Shown here: positions 8,353-17,633 of the stretch, one piece after another
Numbering within the stretch: position 1 is the stretch's first letter
Layout of the letters: the number at the start of each line of letters is the position of its first letter
IMG/VR virus record: IMGVR_UViG_3300042868_004919
Coordinates: 1 to 44,821 of that record
Source: a virus
Lineage: Duplodnaviria; Caudoviricetes
DNA: 44,821 bases
Strand: one strand, 5' to 3'
Notes under the pieces: model-generated
Database searches by the model: none
Seen by the model: only the letters and a program-made list of their open reading frames with translations
Told to the model about the DNA's origin: nothing
Program-made: the position numbers and the translations under genes

Positions 8353-9938
8353 TGCCGCAAGTTCCAATCTATCAACCCCAGGTACGTGAGCAAGCCCTGC
8401 AAGGGGGGATGCAGCGCGCGCCCGACGTAGGTAGCGACCTGATGCGCGCCGGGCAGGGCTTGGCCACTGTCGGCACCGCCCTGAATGACATGGACTTGCG
8501 CGACGCCAAGGCCAAAGCCGACCAGCTTGACGCCACGGTCACAACCGAGTGGATGAAGTGGGACGCCGAGAACCGCAACAAATTCCGGGGCGAGAACGTT
8601 GGTGCATACGAGGCCGCCGCCGCTGAGTGGTGGAAGAAGGCGGGCGAGACCTACGGCAAGGACGTTGACGCCCGCACGCGCTCGCTGGCCAGCCCTACGT
8701 TAATTCGCAAGCAGGGTACCGCCCTGGCTGGTGTTGCGCAGTTCGTTGGTGCTGAGAAAGAACGGCACGCGGACGACGCGGCCAGCGCCAGCATCACCAG
8801 CACCATTCAGTTCGGCGTTACAACCGGCGACGTGGCGGGCGCGGCCCAGCAAGTGCGGGGGCAGGTCGCCGCCACGGGTGCGCGCAAAGGCTGGACGACC
8901 GAACAGGTGCAGGCCGAGCAACTCAAGAACCTGAGCGCACTGCACCTTGCCCAGATCACAAAGCTGGCCAGCCGTGACGCCGACAAGGCGCAGGAATACT
9001 ACCAGGCGAACAAGGCCGAGGTTATGGCGTCCAACCAGCCTCGCGTCGAGGAAGTGCTCAAGGGTGAGGGCGACAATCAGTTCGCCATGAAGTTTGCAGC
9101 CGACAACGCCACCAAGCCCCTGGCCGAGCAATTGAAATTGGCGGGTGAAATTCCCGACCCGATGCGCCGCGAAAAAGTAATCAAAGAGGTCAAGCTGAAT
9201 CACGCCGCCGTCAAGGAAGCGCAGGCCGAGCAAGAGCGCACCGCGTCCGATCAGGCCTGGCAGTTGGTGGCCCAGGGCAAGCGCGTGCCCGAGGCCATCC
9301 TGACCCAGATGGACGGCAAGGGCCGCGTGCAGTTGCAGGAACACTTGCAAGCACGTGCCGAGCGCCTGAGCAAACAAGGCACTGCTTCGGTGAAAACCGA
9401 CCCGGCTGCCCTGGCTAAGGTCTACGACATGATGCGCGACGACCCTGACGGCTTCAGGAAACTGCGCATGGAGTCTCTGACAAACGCGTTTTCAACCAGT
9501 GATATTGAGCAAGTTGCGCGCATCCAGCGCGACATGCTCAAGCCTGATACCGAGAAAGACGTGGCTACGGCGAATCAAGTTTCTGCGCTGTACACGAAGG
9601 GTTGGAAGCAAGAAAAAGCCGGAGCCTTTGGTAAAGCGTTCCTGGATGAAACGTACCGTTTCAAGCAAGAAAAAGGCCGACCAGCCAACTACGAGGAACT
9701 GCGCAAAATTGGCGACCGCTTGATTATTGATGGCGAAGTGCTTTCGGGGTCTATGTTCATGCCCGACCCGAACAAAAAGTTCTACGAGGCGACACCCGAG
9801 GAGCGCAAGCGGTTCGCCCCTGAAATCACCAGCAATGACCGGAAGTTGATCCGCACCGCCCTAGAATCGGAAGGCATCAAGAACCCCACCGAGGCGCAAG
9901 TCCTGGAGCGCTTCAAACTGGCGAAAGGCATCAAGTGA
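8352..9938 (+). CDS. Internal virion/ejection protein (T7 gp15-like position); likely start ATG 8352
   Basis: TAATG overlap with the upstream stop; 'MPQVPIY' start; all-helical composition. Confidence 0.75.
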   Translation: MPQVPIYQPQVREQALQGGMQRAPDVGSDLMRAGQGLATVGTALNDMDLRDAKAKADQLDATVTTEWMKWDAENRNKFRGENVGAYEAAAAEWWKKAGETYGKDVDARTRSLASPTLIRKQGTALAGVAQFVGAEKERHADDAASASITSTIQFGVTTGDVAGAAQQVRGQVAATGARKGWTTEQVQAEQLKNLSALHLAQITKLASRDADKAQEYYQANKAEVMASNQPRVEEVLKGEGDNQFAMKFAADNATKPLAEQLKLAGEIPDPMRREKVIKEVKLNHAAVKEAQAEQERTASDQAWQLVAQGKRVPEAILTQMDGKGRVQLQEHLQARAERLSKQGTASVKTDPAALAKVYDMMRDDPDGFRKLRMESLTNAFSTSDIEQVARIQRDMLKPDTEKDVATANQVSALYTKGWKQEKAGAFGKAFLDETYRFKQEKGRPANYEELRKIGDRLIIDGEVLSGSMFMPDPNKKFYEATPEERKRFAPEITSNDRKLIRTALESEGIKNPTEAQVLERFKLAKGIK

Positions 9939-12900
9939 GCGACAACCCATTCGCGCTGTCCAACATTCAACGGGACAGCGAGGGCGCCGCCCGCGTCAAC
10001 GACAACCCGTTCAGTCTCGCCAACATCGAGCGCGACCAGCAGGCCGAACTGCGCGGCAAGATAAAAAGCGCCGTGACGGTCAACCCCGACCAGGCTGCCG
10101 AGGCCGACAAGCTGGCCAAGCGCTACCCTGTACCCCAGGACGTGCTTGCGCGCAACCTGCTGGACGTGAAGATGCAGGCCGCTGTCGAGGATGCGGACGC
10201 TGCATTGCAGACCAGCCCAAAGCTGGCGCGAGCCTTGCGCGAAAAGCCGTGGCTGGCGCAGCAGTCGCATGATGACTTCCCCGCACTGACCACGGTGGCC
10301 AAGGCCGTGGCGCAACGTGCAGACCGCACGGCGCTGGGCACGGCGGGCGACATCGGCGTCACCGCACTGAAGGGTGCAGTGGGTTTGCCCCAGGCGTTTG
10401 TTGGTCTGGCCGACATCGTTTCTGGCGGCTACGCTGGCAAGGGCCTGGAGGCTGTCGGCCTGCGGTTTGAGGACGCGCAAAAGATTCTGGACAGGCTGTA
10501 TTCACCCGCACAGCAGCAGTCGAATGAGGCCGTAAAAGAGGCCGAAGGTTTTATCGGCACGCTGGGTGCCATGCTGTCCAACCCCAGCACCATCGCCACT
10601 ACCGTGGGTGAGTCTGCGCCACAGATGTTGGGTGGCGCTGCCATCGGCAAAACACTGATTGCCGCCGCGCCAAAGTTGGCCCCGTGGCTGGCGGCGGCAC
10701 TGGGCGAGGGCATCTTGGGCGCGGGTTCTGCCGCCGAGCAGATACGGCAGCAAACCGACGACGGCTTGCTGTCGGCAAAGCAGGTGTTTGCGCCCATCGC
10801 CTCGGGCGCTGGCATTGCCCTGTTTGGTGCTGTGGGTGGACGCGCCGCGCAACGCTTCGGCCTGGGCGACATTGACACCGCTTTGGTCGCGCGAGGCGTA
10901 GACCAGGCTTCGGCCAAAACCTTGAAACAAGGGTTCATTGCTGGTATCGCCAAGGCGGGTATCTCTGAGGGGGTGTTTGAGGAACTACCTCAATCGGTGC
11001 AAGAACAACTGTGGCAGAACTGGGCGCTTGACCGCCCGTTAGGCCAAGGCGTAGGTGCCGCCGCAGCGCAGGGCCTGCTGGCGGGTCTCGCTATGGGCGG
11101 GGGCTTTCAGGCCGTCACCGACGGCGCTGCGCGCGTGGAAGCCATCATGGCCAAGCGCGAACAACAGACCGCAGCCGCCGAAGCAACGAGCGAAAACCTG
11201 AAAACGGCCATGAAGGCCGCAGCATCCAGCAAGCTGCGCGAACGCAACCCCGAGACCTTCAACCAGTTGGTTCAGTTCCTTGCAGAAAGCAACGAGGGTG
11301 AGGCACCGACCAGCGTGTTTATTGACGCGCAGGTGCTGGCGCAGTCGGGCGTTAACGTAGCCGAACTACTGCCCAGCGTTGCCGACCAGATGGAGGGTGC
11401 ACTGGCCAGCAACGGCACGGTAGAGGTGGCAATCAGCGACGTGCTGACAGCAGCGCCCGGCACGCCCCTAGAACAGGTGTTCCTGCAAAACGCGCGCGGC
11501 ACGCCCGACGGCCTGAGCGTGAATGAGGCCAAGCAGGCGGGCGAGCAGGCCGACCAGTGGAAGGCCGAAGCCGACCGGGTTATGGCCGAAGCCGCCGACC
11601 AGCAGGCATGGGCGGCCAGCGCCGAGACCGTTAAAACTACGATCCTGGATCAGTTGAACACGGCAGGCCGGTTTAAGCCCGACGTGAACGAGGCGTATGC
11701 CACCCTGGTGCGCGACTTCTACGCCGTGACCGCATCGCGCCAAGGCATCACGCCCGAGGAGATGTACGCACGCTATCCGCTGCGCGTGGGCGCGCAAGCG
11801 CAGACAGCGGGGCCGCAGTTGGATCAGGGTAGCCAGCGGTTCAGTGAAGATAATCGCCTGTCGAACCTGAACCCGAATGGGGCAAGCTGGACGCGCATCC
11901 GCGAGAACAACCCAGCGCTGCAAGGCAAGGGTCCCGACGACATGGTGACGGTGTACCGCGCCACCATTGGCGACACGATCCGACCCGACGACTTCGTGGC
12001 GGTGGACAAGTCCACCCTGCGCACGGAGCTGAAAAACGTGCGCGCCCGCGACGGCAAGGGTGCCAAGATCATCGAGCAGCAGGTGCGCGTGCGCGACTTG
12101 CTGATGGGTAACGACGCCAGTGAGTTCGTCTACTACCCCGCCCAGCAACTGAACCAGCCAGCCTTCGACGGCCCCGAGACCGGCAGCACGCCCATCGGTG
12201 ACGCCACCACGGTCGAGGTGGACGGCAAAGAGCGCACGGTGTTCAACAGCAAGGGCCAGCCCATCCACTCCACACTGGAGGGTGTGCGCAACTTCTGGCG
12301 GTGGTTTGGTGACAGTCGCGTTGTGGACGATCAGGGCAGGCCGCTGGTGGTTTATCACGGGACGGCGGCGGACATTGAAGCGTTTGACCCTGAACTCACG
12401 AAGTCCCCGATATTCGGCAAGGCCGTTTACTTCGCGGGTGACGCTGCAACGGCCAGTGGTTACGCCACAGGCGAAGGCGCAAACGTGTTGCCCGTCTACC
12501 TTAGTGTTTCCACGCCTACCGACAACCCCATCGCGTTCAAAAAAGAACAGAACTTTGACGGTGTTGTGCGGACGCTTGCCGACGGGCAAACCATCTACGC
12601 GGTGCGAAACCCCACCCAGATCAAAAGCGCCACCGGCAACAGCGGCGCGTTCTCGGGGCAAGACGCGAATATCTTGCGGCAGGACTACGGTACGGACGAA
12701 CTGACCGGCCTACCACTGAACCCGGACGGCACGGTGACGGTGTACCACCATGCCAGTGCAGCGAACGCACAGGCCATCCAGCGCACAGGGCAGCTCAAGG
12801 CCGCCGCAGAGCCTGACGTTTACGTCACAACGCGCAAGGAAACCGACACCGGCTATGGCGACACCGCCGTGGCTATTCGGGTAAATCCCGAACTGCTGCG

Positions 12901-15900
12901 GATTGACGACGAGTTCCCCGACGGGCGCGTGGACTACCGCATCGCCACGGGCAAACCGGGCGGTTCTGTCAAGGTTAAAGTGGGCGAGTACCCTATCCTC
13001 AACCAGCAAGCCCGCGGCACCTTCAGCCCCAGCCAACTGGTTATCACGCTCAACGAGAACGCTGACCTGTCCACGTTCCTGCACGAGTCCGGCCACTTCT
13101 TCCTGGAGGTCATGGCCGACCTGGCCAGCCAGCCTAACGCGCCCACCGACGTGCAGGCCGACATGGGCGCGCTGCTGAAGTGGTTTGGCATCAAGGGCGA
13201 CGAGGTAGTGGGTGGTGCTGACAGCGGTGCGCCGTTGGCGCAGGCGGCTGTCTCGGAAAAGGTCCAGCAGGCCGAGCAGATCATCGCGGGCATCGACCCC
13301 GAGGAGCAGGCTGTCCTGTACCACTCCGGTGACGCCAGCATCGACGCGCAACTGGCTGATGGTGTTGAACCGACATTCGGCCCTTGGCTGGAGGAGGTTC
13401 TGGCCGGTGCGACTGATGACGACACCATGGCCGAGGACATTCGCAATCAAGACCCGATTGCCTTCTACGCCGAAGCACCTACGTGGGTGGCGAGGAAGGT
13501 CGCCAAGGTTCTCAAAAAGCCCGTGCGCCAAGTGACGGTTGACGACATTCGACAGCACGGGCAACTGAGCGTTGTCGTCGTTGACCAAGACGACGGCAGC
13601 ATCTGGCGCGAGCAGGGTGACGGTACTGCCGAGCAGTTCACAGGCAAGGCACGCCGCAGCTACACCATGAGCGAAGTGCCGTTCGGTGTGGAACGCGGGG
13701 ACGTGTTCACGACCGACGCCTTTGTCCCTGAGATCACGCTGACCGGCGACGACCTGATCCAGTTCCTGCAACGGAACGCGCCCGGTGAGAACAACCTGCC
13801 AAAGACGCAGACCCTCGCCCAAGACGGCAACCTGCCCACCGACAACACCCAGCCCGCGGGCCGCGCCCCACTGGAAGTGTGGAACGCGATGACGCTCGAC
13901 CAGAAGCGCCCCTACCACGAGAAGTTTGCCGAGTCGTTCGAGCAGTACCTGCTGGAAGGCAAGGCCCCGAACACCGAACTGCAACCCCTGTTCCGCAAGT
14001 TCCGCAGCTGGATGCTGAACGTCTACAAGTCGCTGACCCAGTTCATGCGCGGGCGCGACCTGCAACTGTCCGACGATGTGCGCCAAGTGTTCGACCGCAT
14101 GCTGGCCACCGATGAGCAAATCAAGCAAGCCGAGGAAGCGGCCGGCTTGCTGCCGAACTTCGAGGCCACCAACGAGGCCATCGAGAAGCTGCAAGCGCGC
14201 AGCCTGCGCGACCTGAAATGGACGGTGAACGCTCGCAACAGGGCCATCAAGAAACTGCAAAAAGAAGCCGCAGCGCTGCGCGAGGACGTAGAGGCCGAGG
14301 TACGCGCCGAGGTGCAGGCCATGCCGGTCTACGCCGCGCGCCTGAGCATGCGCGGCGAGAACAAGCTGGACAGCGCCGCCCTGGCCGAGATGTATATGGG
14401 CGAGGGCGACAAATACGCCCTGCTGGACTGGAAACCTCTGACCGATCAAAAGCTGGCGGGCAAGAACGGCGTGCACCCGGACGTGCTGGCCGACAGCTTC
14501 GGCTTTGAATCCGGCGACGCCATGGTGCGCGCGGTACTGGCCGCCGAGCCCATGGCCAGCGTTATCGAAGGCATGACCGACCAGCGCATGCTCGAGCGCC
14601 ACGGCGACCTGGTGGATCAACGTGCGATTGAGGAAGCCGCGAACGAGGCCGTGCACAACGAAGCGCGGGCTAAGTCGCTGGCCACCGAACTGAAGGCGCA
14701 GAGTGACGCCATGAACGTGCGCGCTGACACTGGGCGCACCAATGCTGCTGGTGCGCGCATCACGGTCAACACCATCACCGAGGCCGCCAAGCAGTTCGCC
14801 CAGAACCTTGCCGCGCGCCGTCGCGTGAGAGACCTGAAGTCTGCCGCCAGCCAGCACCGCGCCGCCGAGGCACGCGCGGGCAAGCGCTGGCAGGAAGCCA
14901 CGGCAGCGGGCAAAACCGAGGAAGCCATCACCGCCAAGCGCGACCAGTTGCTGAACAACTACACCACCAAGGCGCTACTAGAATCGCAGGCCGAGGTGCG
15001 CAAAATCCGCGAGTTCTTTGCCCGCGTGACCAAGGGCAGCAACGAAAAGACCGTCGAGCGTGGGCGCGACCCGGACGTGGTGAACGCGGCGCGTGCCATC
15101 CTGGCGGCGCACGACGTAGCGCCCCGCCTGGAAAAGTCGGCGCAGGATTACCTTGACGTGGTGCGCCGCAACGACCCCGCCATGTACGCCGCCCTGCAAC
15201 CCTCAGTGGTCGGGGCCATGCAAAACGCAAAGCCCCTGGGCGAGATGACCATGGAGGAACTGCGAGGTTTGCACGACGAAATTCAGGCCATGTGGCACCT
15301 GGCCAAGCGCTCGCGCCAGATGGAAGTGGACGGCAACCTGATGGACATTGAGGACGCCGAGGACGAATTGCAGGCGCGCATGCAGGAGGTGGGCGTACCC
15401 GACAGCCTGCCCGGCGAAGCCAGCGCCATCACGTCACGCGAAGCGCTGGGCCGTGCGTTGCAGCACGCGGGCAGCCTGCTGCGCCGCGTAGAGCAGTGGG
15501 CCGAAGGTATCGACGGCAAGTACGGTGGCCCGTTCTTGCGCCTGGTGTTTCAGCCGGTCAAGCAGGCCGCCGACCGCTACCGTGCCGACCGCATAAAGTA
15601 CCGACGCGAGTACCAGAACCTGGTGGACGCCGTGGCGCCGCACCTGCGCAAAGGCACGATTGAGGCCCCCGAGCTGGGCTACACGTTTGGCAAGGGCCGC
15701 AACGGCATTGGCCACGCCGAACTGCTGCACGCCATCCTGCATACCGGCAACGACAGCAACAAGCGCAAGCTGCTGCTGGGTGGTAGGCCAAACCTCCCGT
15801 GGGCCACAGAAAACGAAGATGGAACGCTCAACACCGGCCCCTTACCTGATGGCCGCCCTGGCTGGGACGCCTTCATCAAGCGTATGCAGGACGAGGGTGT

Positions 15901-17575
15901 GTTGACCAAGGCGCACTACACCTTTGCACAGGGCGTGTGGGATTTGATGGACTCCCTGAAGGGTGACGAAAAGCACGGCGCGCAGAAAACGCACCGCGAC
16001 GTGTTTGGCCGGTACTTCGAGGAGGTGACGGCCAACGAGGTGGTTACGCCGTTTGGCACCTACCGCGGGGGCTACGTCCCAGCACAGGCCGACCCACGCA
16101 TCGTGAACGACGCAAACCTGCGCGCCCTGGCCGAACTGGAAAACGAGAACATGGCGTTCAGTTTCCCCACGACCAACAAGGGTTTCACCAAAGGCCGGAC
16201 GGAATACAACCGCCCGCTGATGCTGGACCTGCGCACCATCGGCCAGCACATCGACAAGGTGCTGCTGTTCACGAACATGGAACCGGCCGTGCGCGACGTG
16301 AACAAACTGCTGTCGCAGAAGGGCGTCAGCTACAGCCTGAGCCGCATCGACCCCACCATCTACGCTGGCATGCTGACCCCGTGGCTGTCGCGCAGCGCGC
16401 GCCAGATAGTCGAGACCCCCATCGTGGGCGACGGCGGAATATCGCGCGTACTGAGCGCAGCGCGCAGCCGGGCGGGTATGGCGCTGATGTTTGCCAACCT
16501 GAGCAACGCGCTGCAACAGGTAACGGGTTTTGCTACGGCCTTCAGCAAGGTCAAAGCGGACGGGCTGCGCCCACAGATGATGCGCGCCACGGCGCAGTTC
16601 ATCGCCAATCCGCGAAAAATGGCGCAGGCGGTGGCAAAGGCCAGTCCGTTTATGGACCAGCGCATGGCGAACGAGCTGTCGAACATCAACGACGCGATGG
16701 ACAAGATTTTGCTAGACCCCAGCCTGTACGAGCGTTCGCAGGCATGGGCGCAAAAGCACGCGTATTTTTTGCAAACGGCGTTTGCCAACACCATGGAGCC
16801 AATCATCTGGACGGCAGGCTACAACGGCGCACTGGAAAAGGGTGCGAGCGAAGCCGAAGCCGCGCGCTACGCCGACGGTTTGATCCGGCAAACCCAGGGC
16901 AGCACGTTGCCCGAGGACGTGAGTCGCATCGAGACAGGCCCAGCTTACGCCCGGATGTTTACTCAGTTCATCGGTTATTTCAACATGATGGCCAACACCA
17001 ACGCGACGGGCCTAAAGCAGATCGCGCAGGATGCGGGGCTCAAGAAAGGTGCGGGCAAGGCGCTGATGATTGTGACCATGGGCATGCTGGTGCCGCTGTG
17101 GGTGGCCGAGGCTATTGCCCAAGGCATGCGCGGTGGGCCGGACGACGAGGACAAGGACGGCTACCTGGACGACTGGCTGGCCGCTGTGTTCGGCATGGGC
17201 ACGATCAAGGGTACGCTGGCCATGGTGCCGTTCGTGGGGCAGGCGGTAAACGCTGGCCTGAGCCGGTTTAACAACAACCCCGCCGACGACAAGATCAGCC
17301 TAAGCCCCGCCGTTGGTATGCTGGAGGCAATGGTGGGTCTGCCATCGCAGGTCTACCAAGCGATGCAAGACCCGGACAAGATCAACGCACGCAACGCAGT
17401 GCGCGATGTTGCCAGCGCTATCAGCCTTACAACCGGCTTACCGGCTTATGCCCTGGCCCGCCCCCTGAGTTATTTGGCCGGGGTTGAGTCTGGAAAGATC
17501 GAGCCCACCAGCCCGGCTGATGCGGTGCGGGGTGCCATCACAGGCACGCCAAGCCCGGACAGCAAACAGCGTTAA
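9935..17575 (+). CDS. Giant internal virion/ejection protein of polyvalent type, with ART-like cargo domains and an HExxH metallopeptidase
   Basis: 2546 aa in the gp16-like slot; ART-PolyVal-like 'WFGDSRVVD..GRPLVVYHGT..VYF..YA..PVYL..PTQIKSATGN.G.F'; HESGH at 13082-13096 and 'HEKFAESFEQYL'; hydrophobic C-terminal helices. Confidence 0.85.
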   Translation: MSDNPFALSNIQRDSEGAARVNDNPFSLANIERDQQAELRGKIKSAVTVNPDQAAEADKLAKRYPVPQDVLARNLLDVKMQAAVEDADAALQTSPKLARALREKPWLAQQSHDDFPALTTVAKAVAQRADRTALGTAGDIGVTALKGAVGLPQAFVGLADIVSGGYAGKGLEAVGLRFEDAQKILDRLYSPAQQQSNEAVKEAEGFIGTLGAMLSNPSTIATTVGESAPQMLGGAAIGKTLIAAAPKLAPWLAAALGEGILGAGSAAEQIRQQTDDGLLSAKQVFAPIASGAGIALFGAVGGRAAQRFGLGDIDTALVARGVDQASAKTLKQGFIAGIAKAGISEGVFEELPQSVQEQLWQNWALDRPLGQGVGAAAAQGLLAGLAMGGGFQAVTDGAARVEAIMAKREQQTAAAEATSENLKTAMKAAASSKLRERNPETFNQLVQFLAESNEGEAPTSVFIDAQVLAQSGVNVAELLPSVADQMEGALASNGTVEVAISDVLTAAPGTPLEQVFLQNARGTPDGLSVNEAKQAGEQADQWKAEADRVMAEAADQQAWAASAETVKTTILDQLNTAGRFKPDVNEAYATLVRDFYAVTASRQGITPEEMYARYPLRVGAQAQTAGPQLDQGSQRFSEDNRLSNLNPNGASWTRIRENNPALQGKGPDDMVTVYRATIGDTIRPDDFVAVDKSTLRTELKNVRARDGKGAKIIEQQVRVRDLLMGNDASEFVYYPAQQLNQPAFDGPETGSTPIGDATTVEVDGKERTVFNSKGQPIHSTLEGVRNFWRWFGDSRVVDDQGRPLVVYHGTAADIEAFDPELTKSPIFGKAVYFAGDAATASGYATGEGANVLPVYLSVSTPTDNPIAFKKEQNFDGVVRTLADGQTIYAVRNPTQIKSATGNSGAFSGQDANILRQDYGTDELTGLPLNPDGTVTVYHHASAANAQAIQRTGQLKAAAEPDVYVTTRKETDTGYGDTAVAIRVNPELLRIDDEFPDGRVDYRIATGKPGGSVKVKVGEYPILNQQARGTFSPSQLVITLNENADLSTFLHESGHFFLEVMADLASQPNAPTDVQADMGALLKWFGIKGDEVVGGADSGAPLAQAAVSEKVQQAEQIIAGIDPEEQAVLYHSGDASIDAQLADGVEPTFGPWLEEVLAGATDDDTMAEDIRNQDPIAFYAEAPTWVARKVAKVLKKPVRQVTVDDIRQHGQLSVVVVDQDDGSIWREQGDGTAEQFTGKARRSYTMSEVPFGVERGDVFTTDAFVPEITLTGDDLIQFLQRNAPGENNLPKTQTLAQDGNLPTDNTQPAGRAPLEVWNAMTLDQKRPYHEKFAESFEQYLLEGKAPNTELQPLFRKFRSWMLNVYKSLTQFMRGRDLQLSDDVRQVFDRMLATDEQIKQAEEAAGLLPNFEATNEAIEKLQARSLRDLKWTVNARNRAIKKLQKEAAALREDVEAEVRAEVQAMPVYAARLSMRGENKLDSAALAEMYMGEGDKYALLDWKPLTDQKLAGKNGVHPDVLADSFGFESGDAMVRAVLAAEPMASVIEGMTDQRMLERHGDLVDQRAIEEAANEAVHNEARAKSLATELKAQSDAMNVRADTGRTNAAGARITVNTITEAAKQFAQNLAARRRVRDLKSAASQHRAAEARAGKRWQEATAAGKTEEAITAKRDQLLNNYTTKALLESQAEVRKIREFFARVTKGSNEKTVERGRDPDVVNAARAILAAHDVAPRLEKSAQDYLDVVRRNDPAMYAALQPSVVGAMQNAKPLGEMTMEELRGLHDEIQAMWHLAKRSRQMEVDGNLMDIEDAEDELQARMQEVGVPDSLPGEASAITSREALGRALQHAGSLLRRVEQWAEGIDGKYGGPFLRLVFQPVKQAADRYRADRIKYRREYQNLVDAVAPHLRKGTIEAPELGYTFGKGRNGIGHAELLHAILHTGNDSNKRKLLLGGRPNLPWATENEDGTLNTGPLPDGRPGWDAFIKRMQDEGVLTKAHYTFAQGVWDLMDSLKGDEKHGAQKTHRDVFGRYFEEVTANEVVTPFGTYRGGYVPAQADPRIVNDANLRALAELENENMAFSFPTTNKGFTKGRTEYNRPLMLDLRTIGQHIDKVLLFTNMEPAVRDVNKLLSQKGVSYSLSRIDPTIYAGMLTPWLSRSARQIVETPIVGDGGISRVLSAARSRAGMALMFANLSNALQQVTGFATAFSKVKADGLRPQMMRATAQFIANPRKMAQAVAKASPFMDQRMANELSNINDAMDKILLDPSLYERSQAWAQKHAYFLQTAFANTMEPIIWTAGYNGALEKGASEAEAARYADGLIRQTQGSTLPEDVSRIETGPAYARMFTQFIGYFNMMANTNATGLKQIAQDAGLKKGAGKALMIVTMGMLVPLWVAEAIAQGMRGGPDDEDKDGYLDDWLAAVFGMGTIKGTLAMVPFVGQAVNAGLSRFNNNPADDKISLSPAVGMLEAMVGLPSQVYQAMQDPDKINARNAVRDVASAISLTTGLPAYALARPLSYLAGVESGKIEPTSPADAVRGAITGTPSPDSKQR

Positions 17576-17608
17576 CGTGTCCGTGACTGCGGGGCACCTG
17601 CTTACCAT
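17576..17608 (+). promoter_or_regulatory. Putative late promoter 2
   Basis: CGTGTCCGT (17576-17584), 18 nt, TACCAT (17603-17608); upstream of the tail fibre RBS AGGAG. Confidence 0.8.
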
Positions 17609-17633
17609 GCGGTGATATGCAGGAGCCCCGCGA

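Noticed and set aside
12710-14857. Long antisense ORFs (715 aa here; also 11468-12661, 35717-36949, 41593-42465 and others)
   Set aside because: Shadow frames of GC-rich, codon-biased genes, with no RBS or protein motifs
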